The notes: generated by a model from the letters alone, not told the origin. A stretch of DNA of 63,913 nucleotides, filler included, from Octopus bimaculoides (GCF_001194135.2; 4 parts of 4 records of this genome joined end to end with filler, not necessarily neighbours in it), one strand, 5' to 3'; positions 1-12,151 are shown, counted from the whole stretch's first letter. A program made the numbers and translations.

Positions 1-34
<34 letters not shown>

Positions 35-51
35 TAGATACATATATATAT

Positions 52-345
52 ATACAAGAATAAGGGCAGGGAATCGTCAATTATTAATAGAATTAATAAT
101 TAACAATTTTGCCAAGTAGTTCAGTATGAAAAAACCTTTATCGGTAAAACCATTTATCATCATAAATATACAGGGATTAGCATTGAGTTGCTTCTCCAAC
201 ATACTGAAAATTTAGAAATAGCAGTCAAAGAACTACTGATTCTAAACTACAAATTTTTCTCTAAATGGATGGCGATATTTATGGCACACATAGAATAAAA
301 AACCGGAGGGGAAAGCATAAACAAAACAAGTCTTTAGTTAATCAT
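52..345. repeat. Interspersed repeat of unknown class directly after a (TA)n tract; second copy at 14009-14192
   Basis: 52-235 is near-identical to 14009-14192 (tacaagaataagggcagggaatcgtcaatt...gcagtcaaagaacta). Both copies are in the same orientation and start immediately after (TA)n. Confidence 0.75.
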
Positions 346-635
346 GCATAGATACAGAGAGAGAAAGAGAGGGAGAGAGAGATAAATATACAGATACATA
401 GATATGCATAGAGAGCTAGATACAGCTAGACAGATTGTCCCTCCATCACACAAACACACAGAGTTAATTTAACAAATCAAAGAGAAGTACAAATATTCAT
501 CAACATTTCTAGCAAACCCCTTGTGTTGCTTCTTGCTCCAAATCTCTAAGAAACACCCCACTCACCCCCACCCCCCGCTAAAACCACTAATAGGTTAGTA
601 ACTTTATCACAATCACAGAACAATTTATCTTTGTC

Positions 636-1400
636 TTTTTCTCTTAATTGTTTCAGTCATTACACTGTGGCCATGATGGGGTACTGCCTTGAATTTTTAG
701 TTGAAAAACAAATTGATCCCAGTACTTTTTTTTTTTAAGACTGTTACTATTCTATCGTTCCTGTTTGCCAAATTGCTAAGTTATAGGAATGTAAACACAC
801 CAACACCAGTTGTCAAGTGGTGGTGGAAGAACAAACACGGACACAAAGACACACACACACAAATAGATATATACTTTTCTATAAGTATTTTCATGGACAT
901 TGTTCAGCTGTGCTCTCTTCTCCAGTTTGTCCCTTAAGAACTTATCAGCGATCAACTAGACTTACATCCAGTTCTCATCAGTATACTGTGAATCTACTAA
1001 GTGTCATAAAGCACTTTACAGTACCAATTTCTTCCCTCGTACCTCTGAACTTTAGAATTCTCTTCCACAGTCTTATTTTCTTCTTCAATATGACCTCGAT
1101 TCTTTTAAGTCTAATGTACATCATCACCTATTGACTTCTGTCTAACATCCATTTTATTCTAGTAGCTCTTATGTTTTCAGCAATCTAGGGACTTTGTAAT
1201 GAGTGAATGCTTAAATATAATATATATATATATACATGACGGGTTTCTTTCAGTTTCTGCCTATCAAAACCACTCACAAGGCTTTGGTTAGCATGAAGCT
1301 ATATAGTAGAAGACTCTTGTCAAGGTGCCACACAGTGAGACTGAACGTGGAACCATGAGGCTGAGAAACAAACTTCTTACCACACAGCCACAACAAACGC
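636..1400 (-). mobile_element. tRNA-derived SINE (family B) split into a 3' half (636-880) and a 5' half (1235-1400)
   Basis: Each half is the reverse complement of the matching half of the full copy at 4628-5070. Confidence 0.75.
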
Positions 1401-1827
1401 AAATAAAGAATGTGAGCTCAAGTATGTATGAATATATACATGTATTATATATATATGTATGTATATACATATATACACACATAGATATACATACATATGC
1501 ATATATATTTATATACACATATGTGTATCTATATGCGTGTGCATGTATAAATATATATGTATGTATGCATGCATGTGCACACACTTATGAGTTGTTCCAC
1601 ACATATATATTTGGTGAAATCAACTTCAACCATTCTAATTCATCAGCAAATCAGAAGTTTATTTATTAATGGTCCTGTGATACAGTTAAACATTAAAGAA
1701 TTCAGAACAAAACAAGTTCATCTAATTGAAGGGAAATATTTGTACATCAAAAGACTTGGTGTATACAAATATACATGCATACACACACGCCACATGAAGA
1801 ATGTAAAATATCTGAATCAAACAATAC

Positions 1828-1964
1828 CTCTGAACAAACAAGTTCCAAGTCTTTCTAACTCTATAGCTATCACAAGGGATTTGTCCAGAAACATCTACTG
1901 TAGCCAATAATTTAATTAATGAATGCCAAGTCCTGCTCCTCTCAATGCAGACAGAAGCCATGGG
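1828..1964 (-). CDS. Possible coding exon (PMASVCIERSRTWHSLIKLLATVDVSGQIPCDSYRVRKTWNLFVQ), unknown protein
   Basis: Poly-T tract plus aatag acceptor, AG|gtattg donor, one open frame. It lies downstream of the stop predicted at 2559, so its link to the main chain is unclear. Confidence 0.25.
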
Positions 1965-2316
1965 CTATTTGTTCACAAAAAAAAAAAAAAAAATGTATTC
2001 TACTCTTTCTATGCATTTATATCTATAACAAGTTCTGTAAATATAAGTTCAATCCCTTTATTGAATAGTGGTCAGTCAAGTTATGCTGTAGTCGTACGAG
2101 GTCCTTTAACTCCAGTGGCCCTACTCAACTATCTAGCTCAGCACTCAGGTTGAACTGCTGACCTCAGAAAATGAAATAGAAAGGCTCATATGATCAATGG
2201 ATTCAGTCAGATGACACAGAAAGTATGTAAAATTTGGAAAGCAACAATAAGAATGTAATATCTCACTTTATTTTGTAGTGTATTTGACTGCTGCTATATT
2301 CTTGTCAGCACACTTA

Positions 2317-2550
2317 GCAGAATCCAGCTGCATTTCTTGTAGAAGCCAGCTGCATTTCGTGTAGAAGCCAGCTGCATTTCGTGTAGAAGCCAGCTGCATT
2401 TCATGTAGAAGCCAGCTGCATTTCATGTAGAAGCCAGCTACATTTCATGTAGAAGCCAGCTACATTTCATGTAGAAGCCAGCTACATTTCATGTAGAAGC
2501 CAACTACATTTCTTGTAGAAGCCAGTTGCATTTGTAGAAATTAGCTGTAG
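2317..2550. repeat. 22-bp minisatellite (gtagaagccagctgcatttcat), about 9-10 units
   Basis: Unit starts at 2339, 2361, 2383, 2405, 2427, 2449, 2471, 2493 and 2515. There are no spacers, and the period is not a multiple of 3. Confidence 0.95.
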
Positions 2551-2558
2551 ACGTAATA

Positions 2559-2704
2559 TCAGTTGTGGCTATTGTAGAAGCTAACTGCATTTGTTTCAGA
2601 ATCTGCATGTTTTGTAGAAGTCAGATGCACCAAGCAGTCCTCAGACCAATACTGCAATGTATTCCATCCAATGTTATATAACACAGCAAGCTTATATAAC
2701 ACCT
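2559..2704 (-). CDS. Candidate terminal coding exon of an unidentified gene ((E)VLYKLAVLYNIGWNTLQYWSEDCLVHLTSTKHADSETNAVSFYNSHN*)
   Basis: ccattcag acceptor at 2707-2705, phase-1 start, 47 open codons to TGA. The phase matches the exon at 7798-7879. Confidence 0.45.
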
Positions 2705-3692
2705 CTGAATGGGTGTGTATAAACCAATAAGGTTATATAATGTATTCAAATGGGTGTACAGTATATAAGCCAAAATTATATAATGCTCAGTGTATATAAA
2801 CATGGTTATAGAGATATTATTCCTCCAAAAGTCTTCAAATAATTTTCAAATTCTCAAAGCAAAGAAAAATATTGAAGAAATATATAAACAATACAAAAAC
2901 ATCAACAAAAACAAAATCCTGATAAACTCACCAAAAATGTTATTCTATTGTTTTTTCACCACCCCCACCAAAAAGTTTTCCTAAATAACTTCAAACTTAA
3001 CTAACAAAAAAAAAAAAAAGAAACAAAGAAAAGACAGTTTGACTACAAATTCCAGGATCATCTGCTTTACAAATGTACACACATTGTATGTGTGTATTTG
3101 AATGTATGTACATATGTGTTTCAATGTATGTATACATATGTATTTGTATGTATGTATGTATTACATAAACATTAACATAACTTTAAACACACATTATTTT
3201 CCCTTTCCCATTTTCTCTCCCCAACACTATAACAGAAATAGTCAAATTACTTGAAAACATGTACCACTAGAGCTAAAGCTTTTCAGCATTTTCTGCCATT
3301 ATTCAAAGAGATATTATATATTTGAAGGTATGTGTCTTTGGCAACTTGGCATTTCATCCTGGGTTCTTCTACAAACTAATTCAACATGTTCCCCTTCACC
3401 ACCCCCACTGACAATGTTTTCTTCCAACTCTCTTCATTTGGTCATTTACTACATTAACTCCAAATCCTTTATCATCATCAATAATTAAAAAAAAAAAATG
3501 GGTCATTGTTGTTGTTGTCTACCCAGGCAGCCTGTGTTGGGTAGCAAAACTTATAAAATTAAGATGCGAGGATGTGGTTTGAGGGAGATATCATTGAAGG
3601 ATCACATAAGATTCCCTTCATTTGATTGTATTATTTTGTGCTGAGAAAGGAGTTGACAAAAAAGTTATCTATCTATATATATAAAAATGAGA

Positions 3693-3793
<101 letters not shown>

Positions 3794-4014
3794 TGTGTGA
3801 ATCCCTAAAATTCGAGAACTACATGACCAATTTCATTCAAATTTTACACATGCCTTACTTTGGGTCCCGGTTGTGTTTTAATCAAAAAAATTTTTAACTT
3901 CTTGCATAGTTCGAGCCCACAGCAATTATATATAAAAGAAACCATTATTATTGATTAGTGCTAAGTTAGTGCTATGATCACAAGCATTCCAACCATGGCC
4001 TTCTATAAATTTTG

Positions 4015-4468
4015 GAGTATATTCTTTGATTTTGTTTTTTACTGGCTTTAGTCATTGGACTGCAGTCATGCTGGAGCATTATCTTGAAAGGCCTAGTTAA
4101 CTAAATCAACGCTGATACTTGTTTTGAGTCTAATTACTTATATTGATATCTATTTGCTGAAGTGCAAAGTTACAGAGACATAAGTAGACTAACATTGATT
4201 GTCAAGTGGTGAGAGACACACAAACACCAAACACAGGTATATGATGACCTTCCATACAGTTTCCGTCTACCAAAATCACTCACAGAAAATATAGTTGAAG
4301 AGCTTAGCCCAAGTATCCGATGTTGGTGTGTTCACATTCCTGTAACTTAGTGGTTTGGCAAAAGAGACTGATAGAATAAGTATTAGGCTTACAAAGAATA
4401 AGTCTTGGGGTCGATTTATTTGACTAAAAACCACATGGACGCCAAGTGGACTTCTTAACCACACAACC
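4015..4468 (-). mobile_element. Diverged antisense family-B SINE carrying a sense 112-bp insert (4317-4428)
   Basis: Reverse-complement similarity to 4628-5070. The insert matches 4909-5020. Confidence 0.7.
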
Positions 4469-4627
4469 AGTGTATCTATTTCTTTCCCAAGATGACGGGG
4501 TGAGATCTGAGGAAGATTTAGCTGCTATTTCAAGCAGTTTTCATAATTACATATGACCTTCTCATTAACTAAACAGCAAACTAATTGTATAACAATTCTG
4601 TCACAATCTGATCTCAAATCTCACCAC

Positions 4628-4797
4628 AGGTGCAGGCATGGCTGTGTGGTAAGAAGCTTGCTTCCCACCCACATGGTCTTTGGTTCAGTTCCACTGCATG
4701 ACACCTTTGGCAGGTGTCTTCCACTATCGCCTTGGACCGACCAAAGCCTTGTGAGTGGATTTGGTAGTTTGGTAGACTGAAACTAAAAGAAGCCTAT

Positions 4798-4865
<68 letters not shown>

Positions 4866-5070
4866 AGTTTATGTGTCTGTGTTTGTCCCCACCACCATCA
4901 CTTGACAACCGATGTTGGTGTGTTCACATTCCTGTAACTTAGCGGTTTGGCAAAAGAGACTAATAGAATAAGTACTAGGCTTACAAAGAATAAGTCTTGG
5001 GGTCGATTTATTCGACTAAAGGTGGTGCTCCAGCATGGCCCCAGTCAAATGAATAAAAGAATAAAAGAAA
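4628..5070 (+). mobile_element. Full-length tRNA-derived SINE (family B) with an internal (TG)/(TA) microsatellite
   Basis: tRNA-like head with A-box-like tggctgtgtggtaag and B-box-like ggttcagttcc, a conserved body, and a (taaaaga)n tail. More than 10 related copies occur in the window. Confidence 0.9.
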
Positions 5071-5872
5071 GTATATTTTGACTTTCATCCCATGAAGGCC
5101 AATAAAATAGTTAACCTAGACATCCTTGTGCCTCCATATCATACATTTATGGTTCTTAGTTAAAATAGTTTTGCTTCATCTACTGTTTATTTCAGCCTCA
5201 ATCCCATTTTGTCCCCGTCATCCTCTTCTGTGGAAATGTACATCCATTCAAGCATAACTGAATGATAATTTATCTTTCATTTAAAGTTTCATCATATTTA
5301 TACTCTCAACACAATCAACATTGGACTTTGTTGGTTTTTATTTATTTACCTCTTTTCTGAAGGTAAATAACTATTGTACACCACAATCCTTTTAAACAAG
5401 AACAGAGCTATAAACGAAGGAACAATAGATAACTTCATAGTCATACAGTGTTTGCTTCTCTCTTTCTCTGCATACAACCACACAAATACATATGCACATA
5501 CACTTGTTTCCAATTGATTGAATAGTGTCTGATGGTAACATACCCAGAGTCTGCTATTGCAATACCAAAATTATTCAGGTGCAATCAATATACAATTGTG
5601 ATAGTAATTTAAACAAGACTGGTCAAGCTAGCTTATTCCTAATCTACACATTTCTTTATACTGATAGTAAATTTAACATGACTAGTTTACTATTACTCTG
5701 TACGTAACAAGAATATGTTGAACATATATTAAAAAACATAACACACAAACACTGATAGATAAACATATCCTCATACAGGATAATATCTGTCACTTTATAT
5801 GCACTGTTCAATGCTAGTTTAGTGTGTGGTCTATCTCAGTATCCATAATCTACAATGTGAAATGACCTTATC

Positions 5873-5960
5873 AGGTTTAGTGTTAGGGTTTAGGATTAGG
5901 GTTTAGTATTAGGGTTTAGTATTAGGGTTAGGTGAAGTTTAAAAAGTTTAGGGTTAGAGT
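5873..5960 (+). repeat. Degenerate interstitial telomere-like array with a 13-bp unit (ttagggtttagta)
   Basis: ttagggtttagga, ttagggtttagta x2, ttagggttagg, then further ttagggttag. Confidence 0.7.
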
Positions 5961-6134
5961 TACACTGCTTGTTAAAGTGTCAATAGCCAGGTAGACTGCA
6001 CATTAAAGTGGCACTTGATGTTACCTCTAATATTTTGCAATGGATGTGCACAGAAACTTCCTTGTATGCAAACTTTGTTGTTTTTTGCAAAGTGTGTGTG
6101 CATCCATGTATGTACACACACACACACACACACA

Positions 6135-6635
6135 CACGTCCATGTTCATGTTTTAATGTTCACAAAGCTTGGAGGGAATTTGTTGAAGTGAATTCTCTAC
6201 ACCTGGATTTCCTTTCCGTCACTAACCCTCACCTGTTTCCAAGTAAGGTAATATTTCCCCATGACTAGACATGTTTACACAGAATATTGGAAATGAAGGA
6301 CATCACTTGTTCAACAGTGGCACTCGTTTACAACTATGACATGCTGTATGGAGACAGTAACACACACACACACACACATCTTTTATTTGTTTGTCATTGG
6401 ACTGCAGCCATGTTGGTGTACTATGTGGAAATTGACCACAATACTTATTTTACTTAGCATGATATATCTTCTTAAGCACAGTAATTCACCAGTTGTCTCG
6501 GTCGTTTGTTATCTCCTCTGTGAAGCTCAACATCTGAAGATCATTTCTCACCAATCCACCCGATGTCTTTCTAATTCTACCTCTTCCATAGGTTCCCTCT
6601 ACAATTAGAGATAGGCACTTCTTTACAGAGCTGTC
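6135..6635 (-). mobile_element. Decayed RTE-type LINE 3' fragments interrupted by a SINE-B fragment
   Basis: Similar to the RTE ends at 15338-16020 and 20915-21560. Confidence 0.55.
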
Positions 6636-6664
6636 TTTATCCATACATATTACATATATATGTA

Positions 6665-6827
6665 TGGCACAGGCATAACTGTGTGGAAAGAAGCTTGCTT
6701 CCCAACCACATGGTTCTGGGTTCAGTCACACTGTGTGGCACCTTGGGTAAGTGTCTTCTCCTATAGCTCTGGAGCTAACCAAAGCTTTGAGTGGATTTGG
6801 TACACGAAAGCTGAAAGAAGCCTGTCA

Positions 6828-6873
<46 letters not shown>

Positions 6874-7107
6874 TGTGTGTGTGTATGTGTGTGTGTTGGT
6901 GTCTGTCCTGCACCACCTCTTGACAACTGGTGTTGGTGTGTTTATGTACCTATAACTTAGCGATTTGGCAAAAGAGATCAGTAGAATAGGTATCAAGCTT
7001 AAAAGAAAAACAAGTACTTAAGTTGATTCATTCAACTAAAACCCTTGAAGGTGGAGCCCCAGCATGGCCACAGTCTAACAACTGAAACAAATAAAAGATA
7101 AGAGATT
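6665..7107 (+). mobile_element. Full-length SINE, family B
   Basis: Colinear with 4628-5070, with an internal (TA)(TG) tract. Confidence 0.9.
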
Positions 7108-7133
7108 AAAGTATTTATGTATGTATGTATGTG

Positions 7134-7515
7134 GAGGTGCAATGGGCCAGTGGTTAGGGCAGCAGACTCGCGGTCATAGGATCGCGGTTTCGATTCCCAG
7201 ACCGGGCGTTGTGAGTGTTTATTGAGCGAAAACACCTAAAAGCTCCACGAGGTTCCGGCAGGGGATGGTGGCGAACCCTGCTGTACTCTTTCACCACAAC
7301 TTTCTCTCACTCTCACTTCCTGTTTCTGTTGTGCCTGTAATTCAAAGGGTCAGCCTTGTCACACTGTGTCACGCTGAATATCCCCGAGAACTACGTTAAG
7401 GGTACACGTGTCTGTGGAGTGCTCAGCCACTTGCACGTTAATTTCACGAGCAGGCTGTTCTGTTGATCGGATCAACTGGAACCCTCGACGTCATAAGCGA
7501 TGGAGTGCCAACAAT
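7134..7515 (+). mobile_element. CpG-intact tRNA-derived SINE of a separate family; a fragment recurs antisense near 45385-45440
   Basis: A box (tgggccagtggttagg) and B box (ggtttcgattccc) are followed by a non-tRNA body. It sits inside a (TATG)n tract. Confidence 0.8.
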
Positions 7516-7797
7516 AATGTATGTATGTATGTATGTTTAAGGGAGTTTCCACATGGTTTTCCTCTACAAAAGTCCACTATCAAGGTAATTGGTCAACTTG
7601 ACACAAGCTATGATAGAAGTCAGTTGTCCAAGGAGCCATACAGTGGGATTGAACTGAGAACTAAATGGTTATGAAACAAAAGCTCTAAACTTTACAGCTA
7701 CATCTGCACCCATTGTAGAAATGAAAAATGTTGTTTTTCTTTTAGTTTGAGTTTTCTGTTTTTTTTATTTATATTGTCGTAATTATATTGTTGTTAC

Positions 7798-7879
7798 CGA
7801 GATGTTTGTGTAAGAAATGAACAAGGTGCATGTTAATTAATATTTCAACATCACATGTTCCTGTCATAAAGATGTCCAC
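7798..7879 (-). CDS. Candidate internal exon (VDIFMTGTCDVEILINMHLVHFLHKHL), phase 0 to 1
   Basis: tcattttgtag acceptor, CG|gtaaca donor, only one open frame. Confidence 0.5.
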
Positions 7880-8150
7880 CTACAAAATGATTTAAATGCT
7901 ATGTGTTCTTTGTTTTTATAGTAGTCCTACATCTTCTTCCCTGCCCCTCCTTCAGTTAGTGGGCTCCATGAAATTGACATTCCTCTTTTCCAAAGCATGT
8001 GGTCTTGTGCCCATATTAGAAATCATAGCTGACTTTGCCTTTCATCCTTTTGGAGACAATGAATTAAGTATCTGTAAAGCCCTGGGCTGGTGTAATTAAC
8101 TAGCTCACACCCACCAAAATTTCAGGCCTTGCACTAAAATTAGAAACTAT

Positions 8151-8361
8151 TATTCTTTTATTCTTTTACTTGTTTCAGTCATTTGACTGCGGCCATGCTG
8201 GAGCACCACCTTCAGTCCAATCAAATTGACCCCAGGACTTATTCTTTGTAAGTCTAGTACTTATTCTCTTGGTCTCTTTTGCCAAACCGCTAAGTTATGG
8301 GGACCTAAACACACCAGCATCGCTTGTCAAGCGATGTTGGGGGGACAAACACAGATACACA

Positions 8362-8419
<58 letters not shown>

Positions 8420-8555
8420 CTACATATATACAACAGGCTTCTTTCAGTTTCCATCTACCAAATCCACTCACAAAGCTTTGGCCGGCGCGAGGTGTCATGC
8501 AGTAGAACTGAACCCAGAACCATGTGGTTGGTAAGGAAGCTACTTACCACACAGT
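8151..8555 (-). mobile_element. Full-length SINE, family B, antisense
   Basis: Reverse complement of 4628-5070 and 6665-7107, with an internal (CA)(TA) tract. Confidence 0.9.
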
Positions 8556-8556
8556 C

Positions 8557-8594
<38 letters not shown>

Positions 8595-8595
<1 letters not shown>

Positions 8596-8945
8596 GGTGA
8601 TGAGCTAGCAGGATCATTATTACACTGGGAAAAGTACTTAGCAGCATTTCATCCATCTTTGTTACAAGTTCTAATTCCACCAAGGTCATCTTTGCCTTTT
8701 ATCCTTTTGGAGGTCAATAAAATATGTACCAGTTGGACACTGGGGTTGATCTAACTGACTTATCCTCTCCCTTGAAATTGCTGGCCTTGTACTAAAATTT
8801 GAAACCATTATTATTATTATTATTATTAAGGCGGCAAGCTAGCAGAATCATTAGCATGCTGCACAAAATGCTAAGCGGCATTTCGTCCATTCTTATGTTC
8901 TGAGTTCAAATTCTGCCAAGGTTGACTTTGTCTTTCATTCTTTCA
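8595..8945 (+). mobile_element. Two tandem family-A SINEs (GGCGGCGAGCTGGCAGAA-type head) separated by (ATT)n; the second is truncated
   Basis: Each has a head with B-box-like gagttcaaattc and the body ctttgcctttcatcctttcggggtcgataa, as in 47121-47540. Confidence 0.85.
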
Positions 8946-8951
8946 GAATTG

Positions 8952-10335
8952 TGTAATGTGTTGAGGACGGTGCATTTATAAATTACATTAGATCTTCTAC
9001 AATGGGTTTGTAGATGGCAGATGGACCCAGGATGGCAGTTACAAATTGGTGTATTTTGGAGGTTATTTTCAGGAATGGAAGAGGTAATACTCTTAGAGGA
9101 GAGGTTAGAGATGAAAGTAGAAAGGCCTTAGTATTATTAATATTATTATTACTATTATTGTTATTATTGCTATTGTTGTTGTTAATTAATTCAGAGTTGT
9201 TACAGTCTGAGTTTTGATAGCAGAGCGAAAGCTCTTGTTTATTAGAGGCTGCTATGATAGACTTGAAGTTGGGTGGGGTGGAATAGGATAGCTTCAGGGT
9301 GGATCAATTAAAGATAGAGTAATATTTATGTTGATAAGGGAAGTTGGAGTGCAGTATATTAAAGAAGGATTTAGCTAAGTTCTTAACATTTAGTGAGAAG
9401 GTGGGTGTATACCATAGAATAGAGCATCCACCACTTTTTTGGGGTGCTTAGGGGTAGTGCTCTCTATATTTTTGGAAAATGGAGTGGAAAGCATGGCCCA
9501 TTGTTGTTAGCTGTTTTAGCTTTTGACCTAGTATTATGTGTGCATGTGGGGTCTAGGTTGTTTTAATGCAAAGTGTATATGTGGTATATGTGGTTCTAGC
9601 AAAGTGTATATGTGGTATGTTGTGATTCTGATGGTTGGTGTGTCGCTGTGATGTGACTTGGGATATATGTTGCTTGAGCCTAGTATTAGGGATGTATTTT
9701 ATTTGTTGGGAGAAGCCACTGGCAGCAAGCGCTTGGTTGTAATATGGTGTGTGGTTATTATTTCCTCAGTGGAAGAGAGGTCAGATATACGGATCGAGAT
9801 ATTCTTGACTATGTTATCAAAGGTAGATTTGTGGTCATTGGAATGTTTAGGTATTTAAGGTATGGGTTAGGTTTGTGATAAGGGAAGTATTAGGAGGTTT
9901 CTAAGTGAGTAGTAGTTTTGTGAGAATTTTAAAATGTAATAGACAGGTTTGGGCTAGAGAATAATTTGTGCAGATGTTTTTCTAGTTCGTTCTAAAGAGG
10001 ATTTATTTATGCTCTTGGTAACTATCAAGGCATCATTTCTGTAGAGGCCTCCCTTGAGGTTAGGGAAGTGTATTTGGAGCTGGTGGAGTATGTATAGTCC
10101 AACGCAGTCAGTGACCTGGGTGGAGTCAGCACCAGAGTTTGTCCTCGAAAGAAATAAGGGTTTTCCGGGCATTAAGGATTTTGTAAATCTCTAGTGAGGT
10201 AAGGTTAGTTAGATTCCTAGCTAGAAGGAGAGCTTGATTAAGAAGTTTGGGAGAAATAGAAGAATAGTAATTACTTATATATATTTCTATCGAATTGTAT
10301 GAAAGAATAAGAGTTTTTGTTGTTTAAGAGATCAC
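8952..10335 (-). mobile_element. Penelope-like element relic: RT core to the start of GIY-YIG, with frameshifts and stops
   Basis: Minus-strand translations give FIQFD..NYYSSISPKLLNQAL, DSTQVTDCVGLYIL..GGLYRNDAL, YYNQALAASGF, WYTPTFS..TLKLSYS, and CNC..CHLQTHCRRSNVIYKC. Confidence 0.85.
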
Positions 10336-10508
10336 AGCCTTGGCTTTGTTATTTCATTCTGTCTAATATATATATATGCATGCTAATACAAGACCCACAT
10401 TAGACTCCTCACTTGTTATCATTATCAAACCAAGAGTTTAACTACAGTCTGTCCATAGCACTTACTTAGCATTACCTGACACCCTTTGGGTCTTCTAGAT
10501 ACCAATAC

Positions 10509-10549
<41 letters not shown>

Positions 10550-11480
10550 CTGTGTGTATGTCACGTGTGTGTGTGTATATGTGCACATGTGTGTGTGTGT
10601 GTGTTAGTATGTGCGCACAAGTGTGTGTGTGTGTGTATATATATATATTTAATATTTAGCAGAAGTAACAGAGTGACTCAAGGTCTGAGAGTTTCATGCA
10701 TTGGCACTTATCAAACTAGTCACAAGTTAAAAGCCTGTGAGTTTATATAGCTGTTGATAAAATGCACACATACTCACACAAAGACGTGTGTGTATGCCTT
10801 TGTTTTATGTTTACACTTGTGAAAGCAACTGTTGTACTCCTTTATGCTCTGTAACTTAGCAGTTCAATAAATAGATATTGATAAAAGAAAACAAACTCAA
10901 ATAATTACCAGGATTAGTATAATAGACTAAAACCCTTGAAAGTGGTTCTCTACCATGGTTTCAATCCAATGACTGAACCCAGTAAAAGTGAAATGCAAAC
11001 ATTTTTTAAATCCTTATCATTGTAACAATAACTACAATAACAACAAAAATAACAATAATAATTATCATTATTAGTATTATTATTATTATTATCATTATTA
11101 TTATTATTATTATTATTAACAATAATAATCTTGGGTATAAATAGAAATAACTAGTTTTACTAGAGAACAAGTTTTAAATAGCCAAAAGACAATAGCAATG
11201 CACCATATTTGCACATGATAGATGAAACTTAAATGAGAAAAAACTTTATCATTATTAAATATCAACGATGTAAAATCTATAACTATCTCTTTTAAGTGCC
11301 ACTGTATCAATCAACATCACCACCACCATCAAAGAAAACAAAGAAAAAAACCACAATGACAACAGCAGCTATGATTAATAATTCCATACATGCTCAAAAT
11401 ACACTAATGTATTATATTCCAGTATTTCATCTGACTTTAATTATCATTACATCCCTCTCTCTCTCTCCATATATATGTGT

Positions 11481-11517
<37 letters not shown>

Positions 11518-11736
11518 ATTCCTGCCTTTTATCCTTTCGGGGTCAATAAATTAAGTACCAGTAAAACACAGGGGAGTTGATGTAATCGACTTATCCTCTC
11601 CTCTAAATGGCTGCCCTTGTGGCAAAATTTGAAACCATTACTATTATTATTCAAATCAATTTGATTCAGTTCTGTGCTACTTCAAGTTTCGTAGGCCCCC
11701 CTAATAGGAGCCTCACTCCTGCAGGAATGACCAATC

Positions 11737-12105
11737 TTTTATCTTTTGTTTCAGTCATGCTGGGGCACTGCCTAGGAGAACTTTAGTCAAATGAATTGAA
11801 CCCAGTACTTCATTTTTTAAAGTCTAGTATTTATTGTATCAGACTTTTGCCAAACTGCTAAGTTACAGAGACGTAATGACACCAACATCGGTTGGAGATA
11901 AATACAAACAAAGACACACACATGCACACACAAACACGATGAACTTCTTTTAGTTTCCATCTACCAAATCCATTCACAAGACTTTGGTCAGCCCAAGGCT
12001 ATAGTAGTAGAAGACACTTGCCCAAGGTGCAATGCAGTGGGACTGAACTTGAATCCATGGGGTTGGGAAGCAAACTTTTTTGCTACACACCCACACCTGT
12101 GTGTG
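11737..12105 (-). mobile_element. SINE, family B, antisense
   Basis: Reverse complement of the family-B copies in this window. Confidence 0.85.
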
Positions 12106-12151
12106 CGTATAAAGTCACCATTTTGACATATACTTTTCCAAGCTTGCATGG

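Noticed and set aside
2317-2550. 22-bp repeat as a CRISPR array or coding repeat (EMQLAST-like)
   Set aside because: There are no spacers, the context is eukaryotic, and the 22-nt period cycles frames into TGA/TAG stops.
7134-7205. tRNA-like sequence with A and B boxes
   Set aside because: It has no complete cloverleaf and continues into a 300-bp SINE body, so it is a SINE head. The same applies to the heads of families A, B and E.
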